64,000 nucleotides of DNA from an uncultured Pelagibacteraceae bacterium (GTDB taxonomy: Bacteria; Pseudomonadota; Alphaproteobacteria; Pelagibacterales; Pelagibacteraceae): NCBI GenBank assembly GCA_902523095.1, contig CABYYE010000004.1:426-64425 (forward strand), read 5' to 3'. Positions 1 through 10,764 of the stretch are shown here, in pieces. The notes beneath the pieces are model-generated. The model saw nothing but the letters and a program-made list of their open reading frames with translations. It was not told the origin of the DNA and made no database searches. Position 1 is the stretch's first letter; every line of letters starts with the position of its first letter. Both the position numbers and the translations under genes were made by a program.

Positions 1-17
1 AAAGCAAAACTATTAAT

Positions 18-488
18 ATGAACTTAAATAAAAAAATTGTATTTCTTCTAAAAAGAAAAAATCTTAAGTTAGCTATTGCAGAGTCTTGTACTGGTGGAAT
101 GCTTTCAAGTGCTATTACTTCAGTTAGTGGAGCATCTAAGGTACTTACAATGGGTTTGGTAACTTACTCTAATGAAGCTAAAATGAATATTTTAAAAGTT
201 CCTAAAAAAATTATTCATAAACATGGCGCTGTAAGTATTGAGTGTTGTTTATCTATGGTCAATAATTTAAGCAAGATTAGTAAAAGTAAAATCTGTGTTT
301 CTATAACTGGAGTTGCAGGACCAAAAGGAGGGACTAAATTAAAGCCGGTTGGTCTTGTTTTTATTGGCTTAAAAATTGGAAAAAAAGTAATTGTAAGTAA
401 AAATAGATTTAAAAATAAGGGTCGCATTCCACTACAAAAAGCCACAGTTAAAAAAGCACTTAACCTAATTAATAAAGTAATTAAATAA
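18..488 (+). CDS. cinA: CinA C-terminal domain / nicotinamide-nucleotide amidohydrolase (PncC family)
   Basis: AESCTGG, GAS, TYSN..K, GAVS, SITGVAGP.GG...KPVG.V motifs. Confidence 0.9.
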   Translation: MNLNKKIVFLLKRKNLKLAIAESCTGGMLSSAITSVSGASKVLTMGLVTYSNEAKMNILKVPKKIIHKHGAVSIECCLSMVNNLSKISKSKICVSITGVAGPKGGTKLKPVGLVFIGLKIGKKVIVSKNRFKNKGRIPLQKATVKKALNLINKVIK

Positions 489-489
489 T

Positions 490-801
490 TTATACTGGGT
501 ACACAAATCTTTGGTCAACAATGAAATTCAACATATGTGCAGCAAAACTATTTAGCAAAAGAAAAATACAAAAAGCGTTCAAATAAAGTATAAAAATAAG
601 CGTGTTTCTTGTTCTCTTTTTTTGTAAAAAATTTTTATCTTCTGGTACCCAGTCTTCATTAGGTGATTTAAAATCGTATGAAAACATCCAGTAAGTTAAA
701 TTTGTCTCATTTGGGTCACCGGTTCTGATTTGTTTAATATAATCAGATAAAAACTTGAATGTTAAAAAAGAAAGAATTAATAAAGAACTTGTTATAAACA
801 T
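490..801 (-). CDS. Hypothetical small membrane protein (two hydrophobic segments)
   Basis: 103-aa ORF exactly filling the gap; TAATG overlap with upstream ratA stop; N- and C-terminal hydrophobic stretches. Confidence 0.7.
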   Translation of the reverse strand: MFITSSLLILSFLTFKFLSDYIKQIRTGDPNETNLTYWMFSYDFKSPNEDWVPEDKNFLQKKRTRNTLIFILYLNAFCIFLLLNSFAAHMLNFIVDQRFVYPV

Positions 802-1244
802 TATCTATATAATTTAATTGCTCTCTGTTCAAAGGCCTTAGCTATTTTATTTAAGCCAAGTTCAAATGATTTTTTCATTATTCCATTTAAGATAGGATTT
901 TTCAATTCAAAATCTATAAAAAATTCTAATTGAGTTGCATTGTTTATCTCCTTGAAAGTCCACTCATTTTTTAGATATTTAAGGGGGCCATCAAGATTTG
1001 TAACAACAATTTTATCTTTATTTTTGTGATATGTGACATGACTTGAAAAAGTTTCATTAAGAATACTTTTTCCAACTTTTAAATCCCCGTACAATGTAAG
1101 TATATCATCACTTTCTGATTTATCATTAACACTACCCTCGATACACCATGGCACAAATTCAGGATATTTTTCTATATCAAGAACCATGTTAATCAATTGT
1201 TCTTTGTTACAAGGTATAATTTTTTTTATTGTAGCTGAAGACAT
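801..1244 (-). CDS. ratA: RatA/PasT/Coq10 START-domain (polyketide cyclase family) protein
   Basis: [27 protein letters not shown] motifs; usual position after lipA. Confidence 0.88.
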   Translation of the reverse strand: MSSATIKKIIPCNKEQLINMVLDIEKYPEFVPWCIEGSVNDKSESDDILTLYGDLKVGKSILNETFSSHVTYHKNKDKIVVTNLDGPLKYLKNEWTFKEINNATQLEFFIDFELKNPILNGIMKKSFELGLNKIAKAFEQRAIKLYR

Positions 1245-2170
1245 TCAAGTTTTTTATTTCTTGCGTCTTGTAATTTTCTAAAATCATCATCTGCGTGGTA
1301 AGAAGATCTAGTTAATGGAGAAGACGAGACTAATAAAAAACCTTTTGTTTTAGCAATCACCTCGAATTCTTTGAATTCGTCAGGATGATAATAACGATTT
1401 AACGGATGATGCCTCGGAGACGGCTGTAAGTATTGGCCTATAGTTATAAAATCCACTTCGGCAGATCTAAGATCATCCATAACTTGTATGATTTCCTCTT
1501 TGTTTTCTCCTAAGCCAACCATAATTCCCGATTTAGTAAATACTTTTTCATTTTCTTTTTTTGCATTCTTTAAAAGCTCTAATGAAGCAAAATATCTAGC
1601 ACCTGGTCTAACAGTCGTATAAAGTCTAGGCACAGTTTCAATATTATGGTTAAAAACATCTAGGTCGGCTTGGAGAATTTTTTTATAAGACTCTCCTTTT
1701 CTTAAAAAATCTGGAGTCAATACCTCAATCGATGTTTGAGGATTTTTTTCTCTAGTTGCTTGTACTACTTTATAGAAATGCTCTGACCCTCCGTCTTTAA
1801 GATCATCTCTATCAACAGAAGTAATAACAACATGTTTTAAGTTTAACCTTTTTACAGCATTAGAAATTTTGGCAGGTTCATAAATATCTAAATCTCCGGG
1901 TTTTCCAGTTTTTACATCGCAAAATGCACAAGCTCTCGTACAGGTATCTCCCATTATCATAAAAGTCGCGTGCTTTTTACTCCAACACTCTGTTATGTTT
2001 GGGCAATTTGCTTCCTGACAAACGGTTACTAAATTGTTTTGATTTACAATTTGTTTTGTTTGAAAAAAAATTTTAGAATCAACTATTTTCGATCTAATCC
2101 ATTCAGGTTTCTTCTTTATTGGATTGAAAGGTTTATTGACTTTTTCAGGATGTCTTGGTTTTTTAATCAT
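1226..2170 (-). CDS. lipA: Lipoyl synthase
   Basis: [15 protein letters not shown], radical [12 protein letters not shown]-terminal RSSY. Confidence 0.97.
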   Translation of the reverse strand: MIKKPRHPEKVNKPFNPIKKKPEWIRSKIVDSKIFFQTKQIVNQNNLVTVCQEANCPNITECWSKKHATFMIMGDTCTRACAFCDVKTGKPGDLDIYEPAKISNAVKRLNLKHVVITSVDRDDLKDGGSEHFYKVVQATREKNPQTSIEVLTPDFLRKGESYKKILQADLDVFNHNIETVPRLYTTVRPGARYFASLELLKNAKKENEKVFTKSGIMVGLGENKEEIIQVMDDLRSAEVDFITIGQYLQPSPRHHPLNRYYHPDEFKEFEVIAKTKGFLLVSSSPLTRSSYHADDDFRKLQDARNKKLECLQLQ

Positions 2171-2460
2171 TTTAATTTAATAAGAATTTCATCTTTCGTT
2201 CCATATTTAAGTTTCTCTCTGTACAACATATCTAAATAATCAAAATTATTATTGACAATTAATTTTATATTATTGTTTACCTCTTTTAATTTATTGTTCA
2301 AATTTGTTTCTTTCTTAGTAAGTTCTAGATATAAGTTTTTTTTTTCAAAATAAGAGAACAAACCTCTTTCTCCACCCATTAAGTTAATTCCTACATAAAG
2401 AGTTAAGAAAATATTTAATAATATAAGTTTCTTTTTTTTTAAACTTTCAATAAGTCGCAT
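2167..2460 (-). CDS. ftsB: Septum formation initiator FtsB/DivIC family
   Basis: N-terminal TM, G.RG, coiled coil, R.KL.Y...DE; directly after eno. Confidence 0.75.
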   Translation of the reverse strand: MRLIESLKKKKLILLNIFLTLYVGINLMGGERGLFSYFEKKNLYLELTKKETNLNNKLKEVNNNIKLIVNNNFDYLDMLYREKLKYGTKDEILIKLK

Positions 2461-3683
2461 TACTTGATTTTAGCCATTTTAGCTAGTTTTCCAAGTTCTT
2501 CTTCGATGCGTAAAAGTCTATTATATTTAGCTACTCTCTCTGATCTAGCTAGAGAACCTGTTTTGATTTGAGATGAATTTGTTGCAATTGCCAAATCAGC
2601 GATGAAAGTGTCCTCTGAGTCGCCTGATCTATGTGAAATTATTGTTTCAAATTTGTTAGTTTGTGCGAGTTTAATTGTTTCAAGTGTTTCGCTGACAGTC
2701 CCTATCTGATTTGGCTTAATTAAGATGGAATTAGCTGATTTTTCCTCTATTCCTCGTTCTAGTCTTTTTTTATTTGTAACAAATAAATCGTCGCCTACAA
2801 TTTGTGCATCAATTTGTTGAGTTAATTTTTTCCAATTATTCCAATCATCTTCTGAGAAAGGGTCTTCAATAGATTTAATTGGATATTTTTTTGTTAGCTC
2901 TAAATAATACTCCACGTTTTTTGGTTTTTCTAATTCATTAGCAGCAACGTCCAAACAAATTGATATATCTTTACCTGGATTAAATCCAGCTGCAGATATT
3001 GAGCTCATAATAACTTCAATAGCTTCCTCGTCAGAACCTAATGAGGGCGCAAATCCACCTTCATCGCCTACACTTGTAGAAATTTTTCTATCTTCAAAAT
3101 TCTTTTTTAAATTTTGAATAACTAAAAAAGACATTTGCAAACATTCTTTGAAACTTTTTGCTCCATCAGGTCTAATCATAAATTCTTGAATTTCTAATGA
3201 ATTATTAGCATGAGCGCCTCCATTAATTATATTCATCAATGGGTAAGGTATAAAAAAAGTTGAATTATTAAATCCCTTTTTATTTATATAATTATAGATT
3301 TCTTTTTTGTTATGTTTTGCAGCAGCTTTTAAATTTGCAATTGAGACTGCTAATATAGCATTTGCACCAATTTTTGATTTATTTTCTGTGCCATCTAAAT
3401 TAATTAAAATTCCATCAATTTCATGTTGGTTTGTTGAATCTTTTGTAATTAATGTTTTAGAAATCTTATTATTTATGTTGTTGACAGCATCAAACACACT
3501 TTTGTTTAAATAATCTTTATTATTATCCCTTAACTCGTGAGCTTCGTGCTTACCAGTTGATGCTCCTGAGGGAACAATTGATCTTCCTATAGTGTCATCT
3601 TCTAAAATGACCTCGGCTTCCACCGTTGGGTTTCCTCTGCTATCAAAAACTTGTCTGCCTTTTACACTTTTAATTATTGACAT
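2460..3683 (-). CDS. eno: Enolase
   Basis: DSRGNPTVE, VPSGASTG, GDEGGFAP, SHRSGDSED, QIKTG, KYNRLLRIEE. Confidence 0.98.
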   Translation of the reverse strand: MSIIKSVKGRQVFDSRGNPTVEAEVILEDDTIGRSIVPSGASTGKHEAHELRDNNKDYLNKSVFDAVNNINNKISKTLITKDSTNQHEIDGILINLDGTENKSKIGANAILAVSIANLKAAAKHNKKEIYNYINKKGFNNSTFFIPYPLMNIINGGAHANNSLEIQEFMIRPDGAKSFKECLQMSFLVIQNLKKNFEDRKISTSVGDEGGFAPSLGSDEEAIEVIMSSISAAGFNPGKDISICLDVAANELEKPKNVEYYLELTKKYPIKSIEDPFSEDDWNNWKKLTQQIDAQIVGDDLFVTNKKRLERGIEEKSANSILIKPNQIGTVSETLETIKLAQTNKFETIISHRSGDSEDTFIADLAIATNSSQIKTGSLARSERVAKYNRLLRIEEELGKLAKMAKIK

Positions 3684-3685
3684 CG

Positions 3686-4507
3686 TTATTTTACTAGCTT
3701 GTCGATTTCAGTTAATTTTTTTAATAAATCTTTTAATTCTTTTATTGGAATCATATTTGGTCCATCTGACGGTGCGTTGTCTGGATCATCATGAGTTTCA
3801 ATAAAAATTGCACCCACACCAACTGCGATAGCTGCTCGAGCAAGATGAGGTACAAATTCTCTTTGTCCACCGCTTTTCTCACCCATTCCACCTGGTTGTT
3901 GAACTGAATGTGTAGCATCAAATACTATTGGAAAACCAAACTTTGACATTATTGGTAAAGCTCGCATATCTGAAACGAGAGTATTATATCCAAAGCTTGC
4001 TCCTCTTTCTGTAATAAGAATATTTTTGTTTCCGGATTCCTCGATCTTTTTTATTACATTAGCCATATCCCATGGTGCTAGGAACTGTCCTTTTTTTACA
4101 TTAATTATTTTACCTGTTTTTGCTGCAGCTATTAACAAGTCTGTTTGCCTACACAAAAATGCAGGTATTTGTAAAATATCAACATGATTTGCTACAATAG
4201 AACATTGTTCGGCAGTATGAATGTCCGTTAAGATTGGAACTCCAACTTCTTTTCTAATCTTATCAAAAATTGGTATAGATTTACTCAAACCCAAACCTCT
4301 TTTTCCCTTAATACTTGTTCTATTAGCTTTATCAAATGAGGTTTTATAAATAAGATTAATACCAAGTTCACTAGTAATTTTTTTCAATTCAGTTGAAATT
4401 TTTATAGCATGAGACTCGTTTTCAAGCTGACAAGGTCCAGCAATTAAAGTGAATGGTTTGTTGTTGGCAATCTCAAAATTAGAACATTTGACTTTATGAT
4501 TTGTCAT
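3686..4507 (-). CDS. kdsA: KDO 8-phosphate synthase
   Basis: [40 protein letters not shown]. Confidence 0.97.
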   Translation of the reverse strand: MTNHKVKCSNFEIANNKPFTLIAGPCQLENESHAIKISTELKKITSELGINLIYKTSFDKANRTSIKGKRGLGLSKSIPIFDKIRKEVGVPILTDIHTAEQCSIVANHVDILQIPAFLCRQTDLLIAAAKTGKIINVKKGQFLAPWDMANVIKKIEESGNKNILITERGASFGYNTLVSDMRALPIMSKFGFPIVFDATHSVQQPGGMGEKSGGQREFVPHLARAAIAVGVGAIFIETHDDPDNAPSDGPNMIPIKELKDLLKKLTEIDKLVK

Positions 4508-6126
4508 TTTTTCGAGTTGGTTTTTGCAGCCTTTATAAATGATGAGAATAAAGGATGTGGTGTTAAAGGTCTAGATTTAAATTCAGGATGAAACTGAACT
4601 CCTATGAACCAAGGATGATCCTTTAATTCAATAATTTCTGGGAGTTTATTATCCGGAGATAAGCCTGAAAAAATCATTCCTTTCCTTTCAAAATCCTGTT
4701 TGTAATTAATATTAACTTCATATCTATGACGATGTCTTTCTTGTATTTTTAAAGAATTATAAATTTTGCTTATCTTTGTGTCCTTTTTAAGTCTGGCTTC
4801 ATAACTACCTAAGCGCATTGTTCCACCTAGGTTTTTATCAGTCCCCTTCATGCGTTTACCATCTTTTGTCCACTCACTCATTAAACCAACTACTGAAGCT
4901 TTAGATGGACCAAATTCACTTGATGTTGCTTTTCTAATATTTAATTTATTTCTAGCAAATTCTATGACGGCCATTTGCATGCCAAAACATATACCTAAAA
5001 ATGGAATTTTATTTTTTCTTGCATAACTTATTGCCGCTATTTTTCCTTCTGTTCCTCTTTTTCCAAACCCCCCTGGTATTAAAACCCCTGAAATATGCTT
5101 TAATTTTACTTTAATTTGACTAGGTTTTAAGAAATCAGACTCAATTCTCACCAAATTTACTTTTAAATTATTTGCTATACCCCCATGAGTTAAAGCTTCG
5201 TCCAAAGATTTATAAGCATCTTTTAACTCGACATATTTTCCAATAATCGCAATATCTACTTTATTTTTTGTTTTTAAAACTAGTTTTGTAATTTTTTTCC
5301 ATGGAAGAAGGTTAACCTGCTTTCTTGATTTTATATTAAAGAATTTAAGCACCCTATCATCTAATTTTTCTTTATTGAAACTTATAGGCGCCTCATAAAT
5401 TGTTTTAACATCAACAGTTTCAATTACATCATTTATGGAAACATTGCAAAATAGAGAAATTTTCTTTCTTTGATCAAGCGGAATTGATCTTTCTGATCTA
5501 CAAATTATTATGTCTGGTTGAATACCTATGCTTCTTAGTTCTTTTACTGAATGTTGAGTTGGTTTAGTCTTTATTTCATCAGATGCTTTCATGTATGGAA
5601 CTAAAGTAAGATGAATAAATAAAGTATTTTTTTTACCAATTTCATTTGAAAATTGTCTTATAGCCTCTAAGAAAGGTAAACTTTCAATATCACCGACCGT
5701 CCCCCCTATTTCGCATATAACAAAGTCCTCTTTATCAACATCATTTCTAATAAACTCCTTAATCCTATTAGTAATATGTGGAATGACTTGAACTGTTTTT
5801 CCTAAATATTTTCCCTGTCGTTCTCTTTTTAAAACATCGTTATAAATTTTTCCTGTTGTAATATTGTCTGATTTTTTTGAAGATATTCCAGAAAATCTCT
5901 CATAATGTCCTAGATCTAAATCAGTTTCTGCTCCATCATCAGTTACGAAAACTTCACCATGTTGAAATGGGCTCATTGTTCCGGGATCTACATTTAAATA
6001 TGGATCAAGTTTCCTTATTCTTACTTTGTAACCTCTCGATTGGAGAAGATATGCTAAGGATGCTGAAGATAATCCTTTACCTAGTGAAGAAACCACGCCG
6101 CCAGTTACGAATATGTATCGCGCCAT
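4504..6126 (-). CDS. pyrG: CTP synthase
   Basis: [41 protein letters not shown]. Confidence 0.98.
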   Translation of the reverse strand: MARYIFVTGGVVSSLGKGLSSASLAYLLQSRGYKVRIRKLDPYLNVDPGTMSPFQHGEVFVTDDGAETDLDLGHYERFSGISSKKSDNITTGKIYNDVLKRERQGKYLGKTVQVIPHITNRIKEFIRNDVDKEDFVICEIGGTVGDIESLPFLEAIRQFSNEIGKKNTLFIHLTLVPYMKASDEIKTKPTQHSVKELRSIGIQPDIIICRSERSIPLDQRKKISLFCNVSINDVIETVDVKTIYEAPISFNKEKLDDRVLKFFNIKSRKQVNLLPWKKITKLVLKTKNKVDIAIIGKYVELKDAYKSLDEALTHGGIANNLKVNLVRIESDFLKPSQIKVKLKHISGVLIPGGFGKRGTEGKIAAISYARKNKIPFLGICFGMQMAVIEFARNKLNIRKATSSEFGPSKASVVGLMSEWTKDGKRMKGTDKNLGGTMRLGSYEARLKKDTKISKIYNSLKIQERHRHRYEVNINYKQDFERKGMIFSGLSPDNKLPEIIELKDHPWFIGVQFHPEFKSRPLTPHPLFSSFIKAAKTNSKK

Positions 6127-6172
6127 GGAAGTATGTTATACTTCAATAATCAAAATTTTAAAAGAGTTAAAT

Positions 6173-6472
6173 TTATTTTGATTGAGGAATTTGTGGAAGG
6201 TTTGAATTTTCTTCTTCTTGTTTTTCAAGAACTGATTGTGTTTCACGCAATTCGTCTCTTGAAATAGCTACAATTGCTATACTACAAATAATAAATAATG
6301 TGGCTATAATTGAAGTAAACTTTGTCAAAAAACTTCCCATTGCTCTCGTTGACGTGAAATTATCCTGTGAAACACCCAAACCTAAAGCTCCGCCCTCTGA
6401 TTTCTGTAACAATACTGATATCACAAGAATTATTGCTAGGAGAACATTTATAGTTGTTAACAAACTTTCCAT
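6173..6472 (-). CDS. secG: Preprotein translocase subunit SecG
   Basis: VLLQKSEGGALG, two TM helices, tpiA-secG-pyrG order. Confidence 0.93.
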   Translation of the reverse strand: MESLLTTINVLLAIILVISVLLQKSEGGALGLGVSQDNFTSTRAMGSFLTKFTSIIATLFIICSIAIVAISRDELRETQSVLEKQEEENSNLPQIPQSK

Positions 6473-6477
6473 GGAAC

Positions 6478-7221
6478 TTATTTATAGTAATTTTTTATTA
6501 TATCAATAAATTTTTTTGGAGATTTTGAAGCGCCTCCTATCAAAAATCCATCTATTTCTCTTAATTGCTTCAACATTTGTATATTATTTTCATCAACGGA
6601 GCCTCCGTATAAGACAGCTGGAGATTTATTATTAAAAATTTGTTTTAAAATCTTTTTGATAAAAAAAACTGTATTTGATAAATCTTGTTCATTAGGTATT
6701 TTTCCTGTTCCAATTGACCATATAGGCTCATAAGCTATAATTATATTATTTTTATTAAATTTTTTTTCTAAAACTTTTATCAATTGATTTTTTAATACAC
6801 GATTTGTTGAATTATTTTTTTTTTGTTTTTTATTTTCACCAATACAAAATACTACTTTTAGATTATGTTTTAACGCATGTTTAACTTTTTCTTTTAACAT
6901 CTTGTCAGTATCACCTTCTGCTCTGTTGTCAGAGTGACCAACCAAGGTGAATTTTGCTCCAACTTTTTTTATCATATAAGGACTTATGGCTGAAGTATTT
7001 GAGGAATATTTTTCCTTATAGAAACAATTTTGAGATCCTATCTTAATCAACTTTTTTTTAAAATATTTAGCAAAAAAATGAATTAGTGTATACGGGGGAG
7101 TAATTACTATTTGATATTTATTTCTATTCTTGTCAAAAAGATTAAACGAATTAATGCTTTTTAATATATTTATAGACTTGGGAACTCCAAACATTTTCCA
7201 ATTACCAATAAAGTATTTCAT
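6478..7221 (-). CDS. tpiA: Triosephosphate isomerase
   Basis: GNWKM, GHS, AYEPIWSIGTG, LYGGSV, DGFLIGGAS. Confidence 0.96.
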   Translation of the reverse strand: MKYFIGNWKMFGVPKSINILKSINSFNLFDKNRNKYQIVITPPYTLIHFFAKYFKKKLIKIGSQNCFYKEKYSSNTSAISPYMIKKVGAKFTLVGHSDNRAEGDTDKMLKEKVKHALKHNLKVVFCIGENKKQKKNNSTNRVLKNQLIKVLEKKFNKNNIIIAYEPIWSIGTGKIPNEQDLSNTVFFIKKILKQIFNNKSPAVLYGGSVDENNIQMLKQLREIDGFLIGGASKSPKKFIDIIKNYYK

Positions 7222-7284
7222 TATTTGCCTTAGTTAAAATTTTAATTTATAGGTGTATTATTTAACACTTATTAGATTAATAAA

Positions 7285-8739
7285 ATGACTACTTCAATAG
7301 TAAAAAAATCAAAATCTTTTTTCGTAAAACTTCTAGTCGGTATTATCACACTTCCATTTATATTTTGGGGCATGGGGGACGTGTTTCGAGGTGGAAATCA
7401 AAATGTTATTGCCTCAATAGACTCTAAAAAATTAAATACACAGGATTTTATCAACTATATAAATAGATTAAATTTAAATGAAAATGAGATAAAAAATTTT
7501 CCAAATTCAAATTTACTAGAAAGAATTTTATCAGAATATATTGGAAAAAAAGTAATGGCATTAGAAATTGAAAATCAAAAAATAATGATAAGTGATAAAT
7601 CTTTAAGCGATATTATAAAAAATGATAAACTGTTTTTTAAAGATAATAGATTTTCAAGAACTGAATATGAGAAATTTTTACTTAAAGCTGGTGTTTCTGC
7701 GCCAAGTTTTGAAAGTAATATTGCTGAACAAGAGTCTAAAAGGCAATTCTTAAGTTATCTAACTAGTGGAATATTGATACCCGATACATTAATTGAAAAA
7801 GAATACAAAAAAGAAAATCAAGTCAAAAAAATTAAGTATATTGATTTAAATAATTATCATTCTAGATCCAAACTTGATAAAGAAAAAATAAAAGAAATTT
7901 ACGAGGAGAACAAGAACTTTTTTATTAATGAATTTAAAACATTTCAATTTGCAGAAATTGCTCCGGAAATTATTTCGGGTAACACAGAATATGATGAGAG
8001 ATATTTTAAAAAATTAGATGTTATAGAGAATAATGTTTTAGATGGGCAATTATATAGCGAAGCAGTTAAAGAAAATAATTTAAAATCAAAGATAATCAAA
8101 AATATTGATAAAGATATGAAGTTTGAAAATGGAGAAAAAACAAAAAATATTGAACAAAAGTTATTTAAACAAATCTTTATCATTAAAAATGAGAAGTCTC
8201 CTAAAATAATTAAGTTTAATAACAAGTTTTACTTAGTGGAGCTAATTTCAATTAAGATAAACAATTTAGCTATAGACAATCCAAAAGTAATCGAGGTAAT
8301 AGAGTCGGAATTAATTTTTAAAAGTAAATTAGAACTAAATAAATCAATTAGTAAAGATATCAGTTTAGGTGGTTTCGATAATTTAAAGATGCAGAAATTT
8401 GCTTCTGATAATAATCTTGTTGTTAAAGATTATGAGATTTCAAGTCTTAAACAAAATGAAATTTTTACTGAAGGAATAATTAAAAGAATTTTTTTAATAA
8501 AAGACGGAGATTTAAATCTTATATCAGACTCTACGTTAACTAAAAATTTTTTAGTTCTAGGGGTGCAAACTCAATATCAAAAATTGAAGAAAGATTCTAA
8601 TGAATTTGAACAATATCAGGCAAAAGCGAAATTAAATATTGTAAATAAGATTTATAGAATATTTGATTTAAATTTAAATCAAAAATACAATGTTGAATTA
8701 AATCAAAGAACAATAGATCGTGTTAAAAATTCATTTTAA
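7285..8739 (+). CDS. ppiD: PpiD-like membrane-anchored periplasmic chaperone (SurA N-terminal domain)
   Basis: N-terminal TM ending F.FWG.G; position between tpiA and trpE; no clear parvulin motif. Confidence 0.75.
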   Translation: MTTSIVKKSKSFFVKLLVGIITLPFIFWGMGDVFRGGNQNVIASIDSKKLNTQDFINYINRLNLNENEIKNFPNSNLLERILSEYIGKKVMALEIENQKIMISDKSLSDIIKNDKLFFKDNRFSRTEYEKFLLKAGVSAPSFESNIAEQESKRQFLSYLTSGILIPDTLIEKEYKKENQVKKIKYIDLNNYHSRSKLDKEKIKEIYEENKNFFINEFKTFQFAEIAPEIISGNTEYDERYFKKLDVIENNVLDGQLYSEAVKENNLKSKIIKNIDKDMKFENGEKTKNIEQKLFKQIFIIKNEKSPKIIKFNNKFYLVELISIKINNLAIDNPKVIEVIESELIFKSKLELNKSISKDISLGGFDNLKMQKFASDNNLVVKDYEISSLKQNEIFTEGIIKRIFLIKDGDLNLISDSTLTKNFLVLGVQTQYQKLKKDSNEFEQYQAKAKLNIVNKIYRIFDLNLNQKYNVELNQRTIDRVKNSF

Positions 8740-10196
8740 TGAGAATAAATATTAGCTTAAAACAATTCAAAAACAATCATTTAAATAAAAAACACCAAAT
8801 TATATTTAGGTCTAAAACTTGTAAAGACTATTACAGAGTTGAAAACTTATTTAGATTTATTTTAGCTGAAAAAAATAGTTTTATTTTTGAATCAGTAGAA
8901 AAAGGTAAAATTAGAGGAAGATATACTATAATTGGCTTAAATCCTGACAGAACTTGGGATATAAACAATAATATAGTAACTTTAAATACAGGTAAAAAAA
9001 AAAATAAATTTAAAGCTGATCCCTTAAAGTTTATAAATAAGTTAATAAAAGATTTCAAAATTAATATACCTGGTGGACTTCCTTCGATGTCATCGATGTT
9101 AGTTGGTTATTTTTCATATGATATAATTAGATATATTGAGAAAATACCCAACACGTGTAATGATGATTTAAAGATTCCAGATGTAAGACTATCTCGCCCT
9201 AAAAATTTAATTATTTATGATAATCTTAAAAAAAAAATATTTTACATTGAGAATATTTATTCAGATACAGCAATACATGATTATTATGAAGAATATAGTT
9301 CTATTATAACAAGATTTAACACTTTTGAAAATTTTGAAAATATTAAGTTACCAGAGCAATTTAATTATAAAAAAAATACTAATAAAATAAAATCTAATAT
9401 TACAAAGAATAAATTCAAATCTTTAGTGAAAAAGGCGAAAACTTACATTCGTAAAGGAGATATATTTCAAGTAGTCCTCAGTCAGAGATTTGAAAGAAAA
9501 ATAAATAAAAAACCGATTGAAATTTATAATTATCTTAGAAAATCAAATCCCTCTCCTTTCATGTTTTTTTTTAACTACAAAGATTTTAAAGTCCTTGGCA
9601 GCAGTCCTGAAATATTAGTTAGATTGAGAAATAATGAAATCACGATTAGACCTATAGCCGGAACTAGGCCCAGAGGTAAAAATTTAAAAGAAGACAAAAA
9701 AAATGAATTAGATCTTCTAAAAGATAAAAAAGAATTAGCAGAACACTTAATGCTACTTGACTTAGGAAGGAATGATGTAGGAAAAGTTTCAAAAATAAAT
9801 TCAGTAAAAGTTACTGAAAAATTTAAAATTGAAAGATATTCTCATGTAATGCACATAGTCTCTAATGTAGTTGGTAAATTTAATAAAAAGTGCTCAATTT
9901 TTGAATCTCTTTTATCTGGTTTTCCTGCAGGAACGGTAAGTGGTGCCCCAAAAATTAGAGCAATGGAAATAATTGATAATTTAGAGAGAAATAAAAGAAA
10001 GTTATATGCAGGAGGTATTGGATATTTTACACCTAACGGTGAATTTGATACCTGTATAGCATTAAGAACGGCTTTAATTAAGAATGATAAATTTTATGTT
10101 CAGGCTGGCGCTGGTATCGTTGCTGATAGCAAACCAGATAAAGAGTACCTTGAAACAATTAACAAAGCTAAAGCTTTAATGAAAGCAGTAGATTAA
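8739..10196 (+). CDS. trpE: Anthranilate synthase component I
   Basis: GDIFQVVLSQR, NPSP, SSPE, PIAGTRPR, EHLMLLDLGRND, TVSGAPK. Confidence 0.96.
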   Translation: MRINISLKQFKNNHLNKKHQIIFRSKTCKDYYRVENLFRFILAEKNSFIFESVEKGKIRGRYTIIGLNPDRTWDINNNIVTLNTGKKKNKFKADPLKFINKLIKDFKINIPGGLPSMSSMLVGYFSYDIIRYIEKIPNTCNDDLKIPDVRLSRPKNLIIYDNLKKKIFYIENIYSDTAIHDYYEEYSSIITRFNTFENFENIKLPEQFNYKKNTNKIKSNITKNKFKSLVKKAKTYIRKGDIFQVVLSQRFERKINKKPIEIYNYLRKSNPSPFMFFFNYKDFKVLGSSPEILVRLRNNEITIRPIAGTRPRGKNLKEDKKNELDLLKDKKELAEHLMLLDLGRNDVGKVSKINSVKVTEKFKIERYSHVMHIVSNVVGKFNKKCSIFESLLSGFPAGTVSGAPKIRAMEIIDNLERNKRKLYAGGIGYFTPNGEFDTCIALRTALIKNDKFYVQAGAGIVADSKPDKEYLETINKAKALMKAVD

Positions 10197-10763
10197 ATGA
10201 AAATTTTACTAATAGATAATTACGATAGCTTTACTTATAATTTATTTCATTACATATCAAAATTTAGGAAAAATATTGATGTAGTAAGAAATGATAAAAT
10301 AGATGGTAAAAAAATTTTAAAGAGGAGGTATAGCAAAATAGTTATTTCTCCTGGCCCAGGTAACCCAAATCAAGCCGGCAATTGTCTTAAAATTGTCAAA
10401 GAAGTGCATAAAAAAATACCTATACTTGGAGTTTGTTTGGGTCATCAAATTATTGGTCAAGCATTTGGAGGAAAAATCATTAATGCAAAAAATTTAATGC
10501 ATGGAAAAACAAGTAAGATTAAACATTTTAAAAAAGGTTTGTTTAAAAAAATACAAAACAATTTTGAAGCTACTAGATATCACAGTTTAATAGTAGATCG
10601 TAAAAAATTACCAAAAAATCTCACAATTACAGCAGAGACAAAAAATAAAACAATTATGGGATTAATGCATAAAAACTACAATATCCATGGTTTTCAATTT
10701 CACCCTGAAAGTATTAGTACTAAAGTGGGAATGAAACTAATAAAAAACTTTATTTTAAACTAA
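10197..10763 (+). CDS. trpG: Anthranilate synthase component II (glutamine amidotransferase)
   Basis: IDNYDSFTYNL, SPGPG, GVCLGHQ, RYHSL, QFHPES. Confidence 0.95.
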   Translation: MKILLIDNYDSFTYNLFHYISKFRKNIDVVRNDKIDGKKILKRRYSKIVISPGPGNPNQAGNCLKIVKEVHKKIPILGVCLGHQIIGQAFGGKIINAKNLMHGKTSKIKHFKKGLFKKIQNNFEATRYHSLIVDRKKLPKNLTITAETKNKTIMGLMHKNYNIHGFQFHPESISTKVGMKLIKNFILN

Positions 10764-10764
10764 T

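Noticed and set aside
801-1244. Type II toxin-antitoxin system based on the RatA/PasT label
   Set aside because: There is no RatB-like partner, and this family is better supported as a Coq10-like quinone-binding protein in a housekeeping context.
8700-8760. trp attenuator or leader peptide
   Set aside because: trpE overlaps the ppiD stop (TAATG), leaving no room for a leader.
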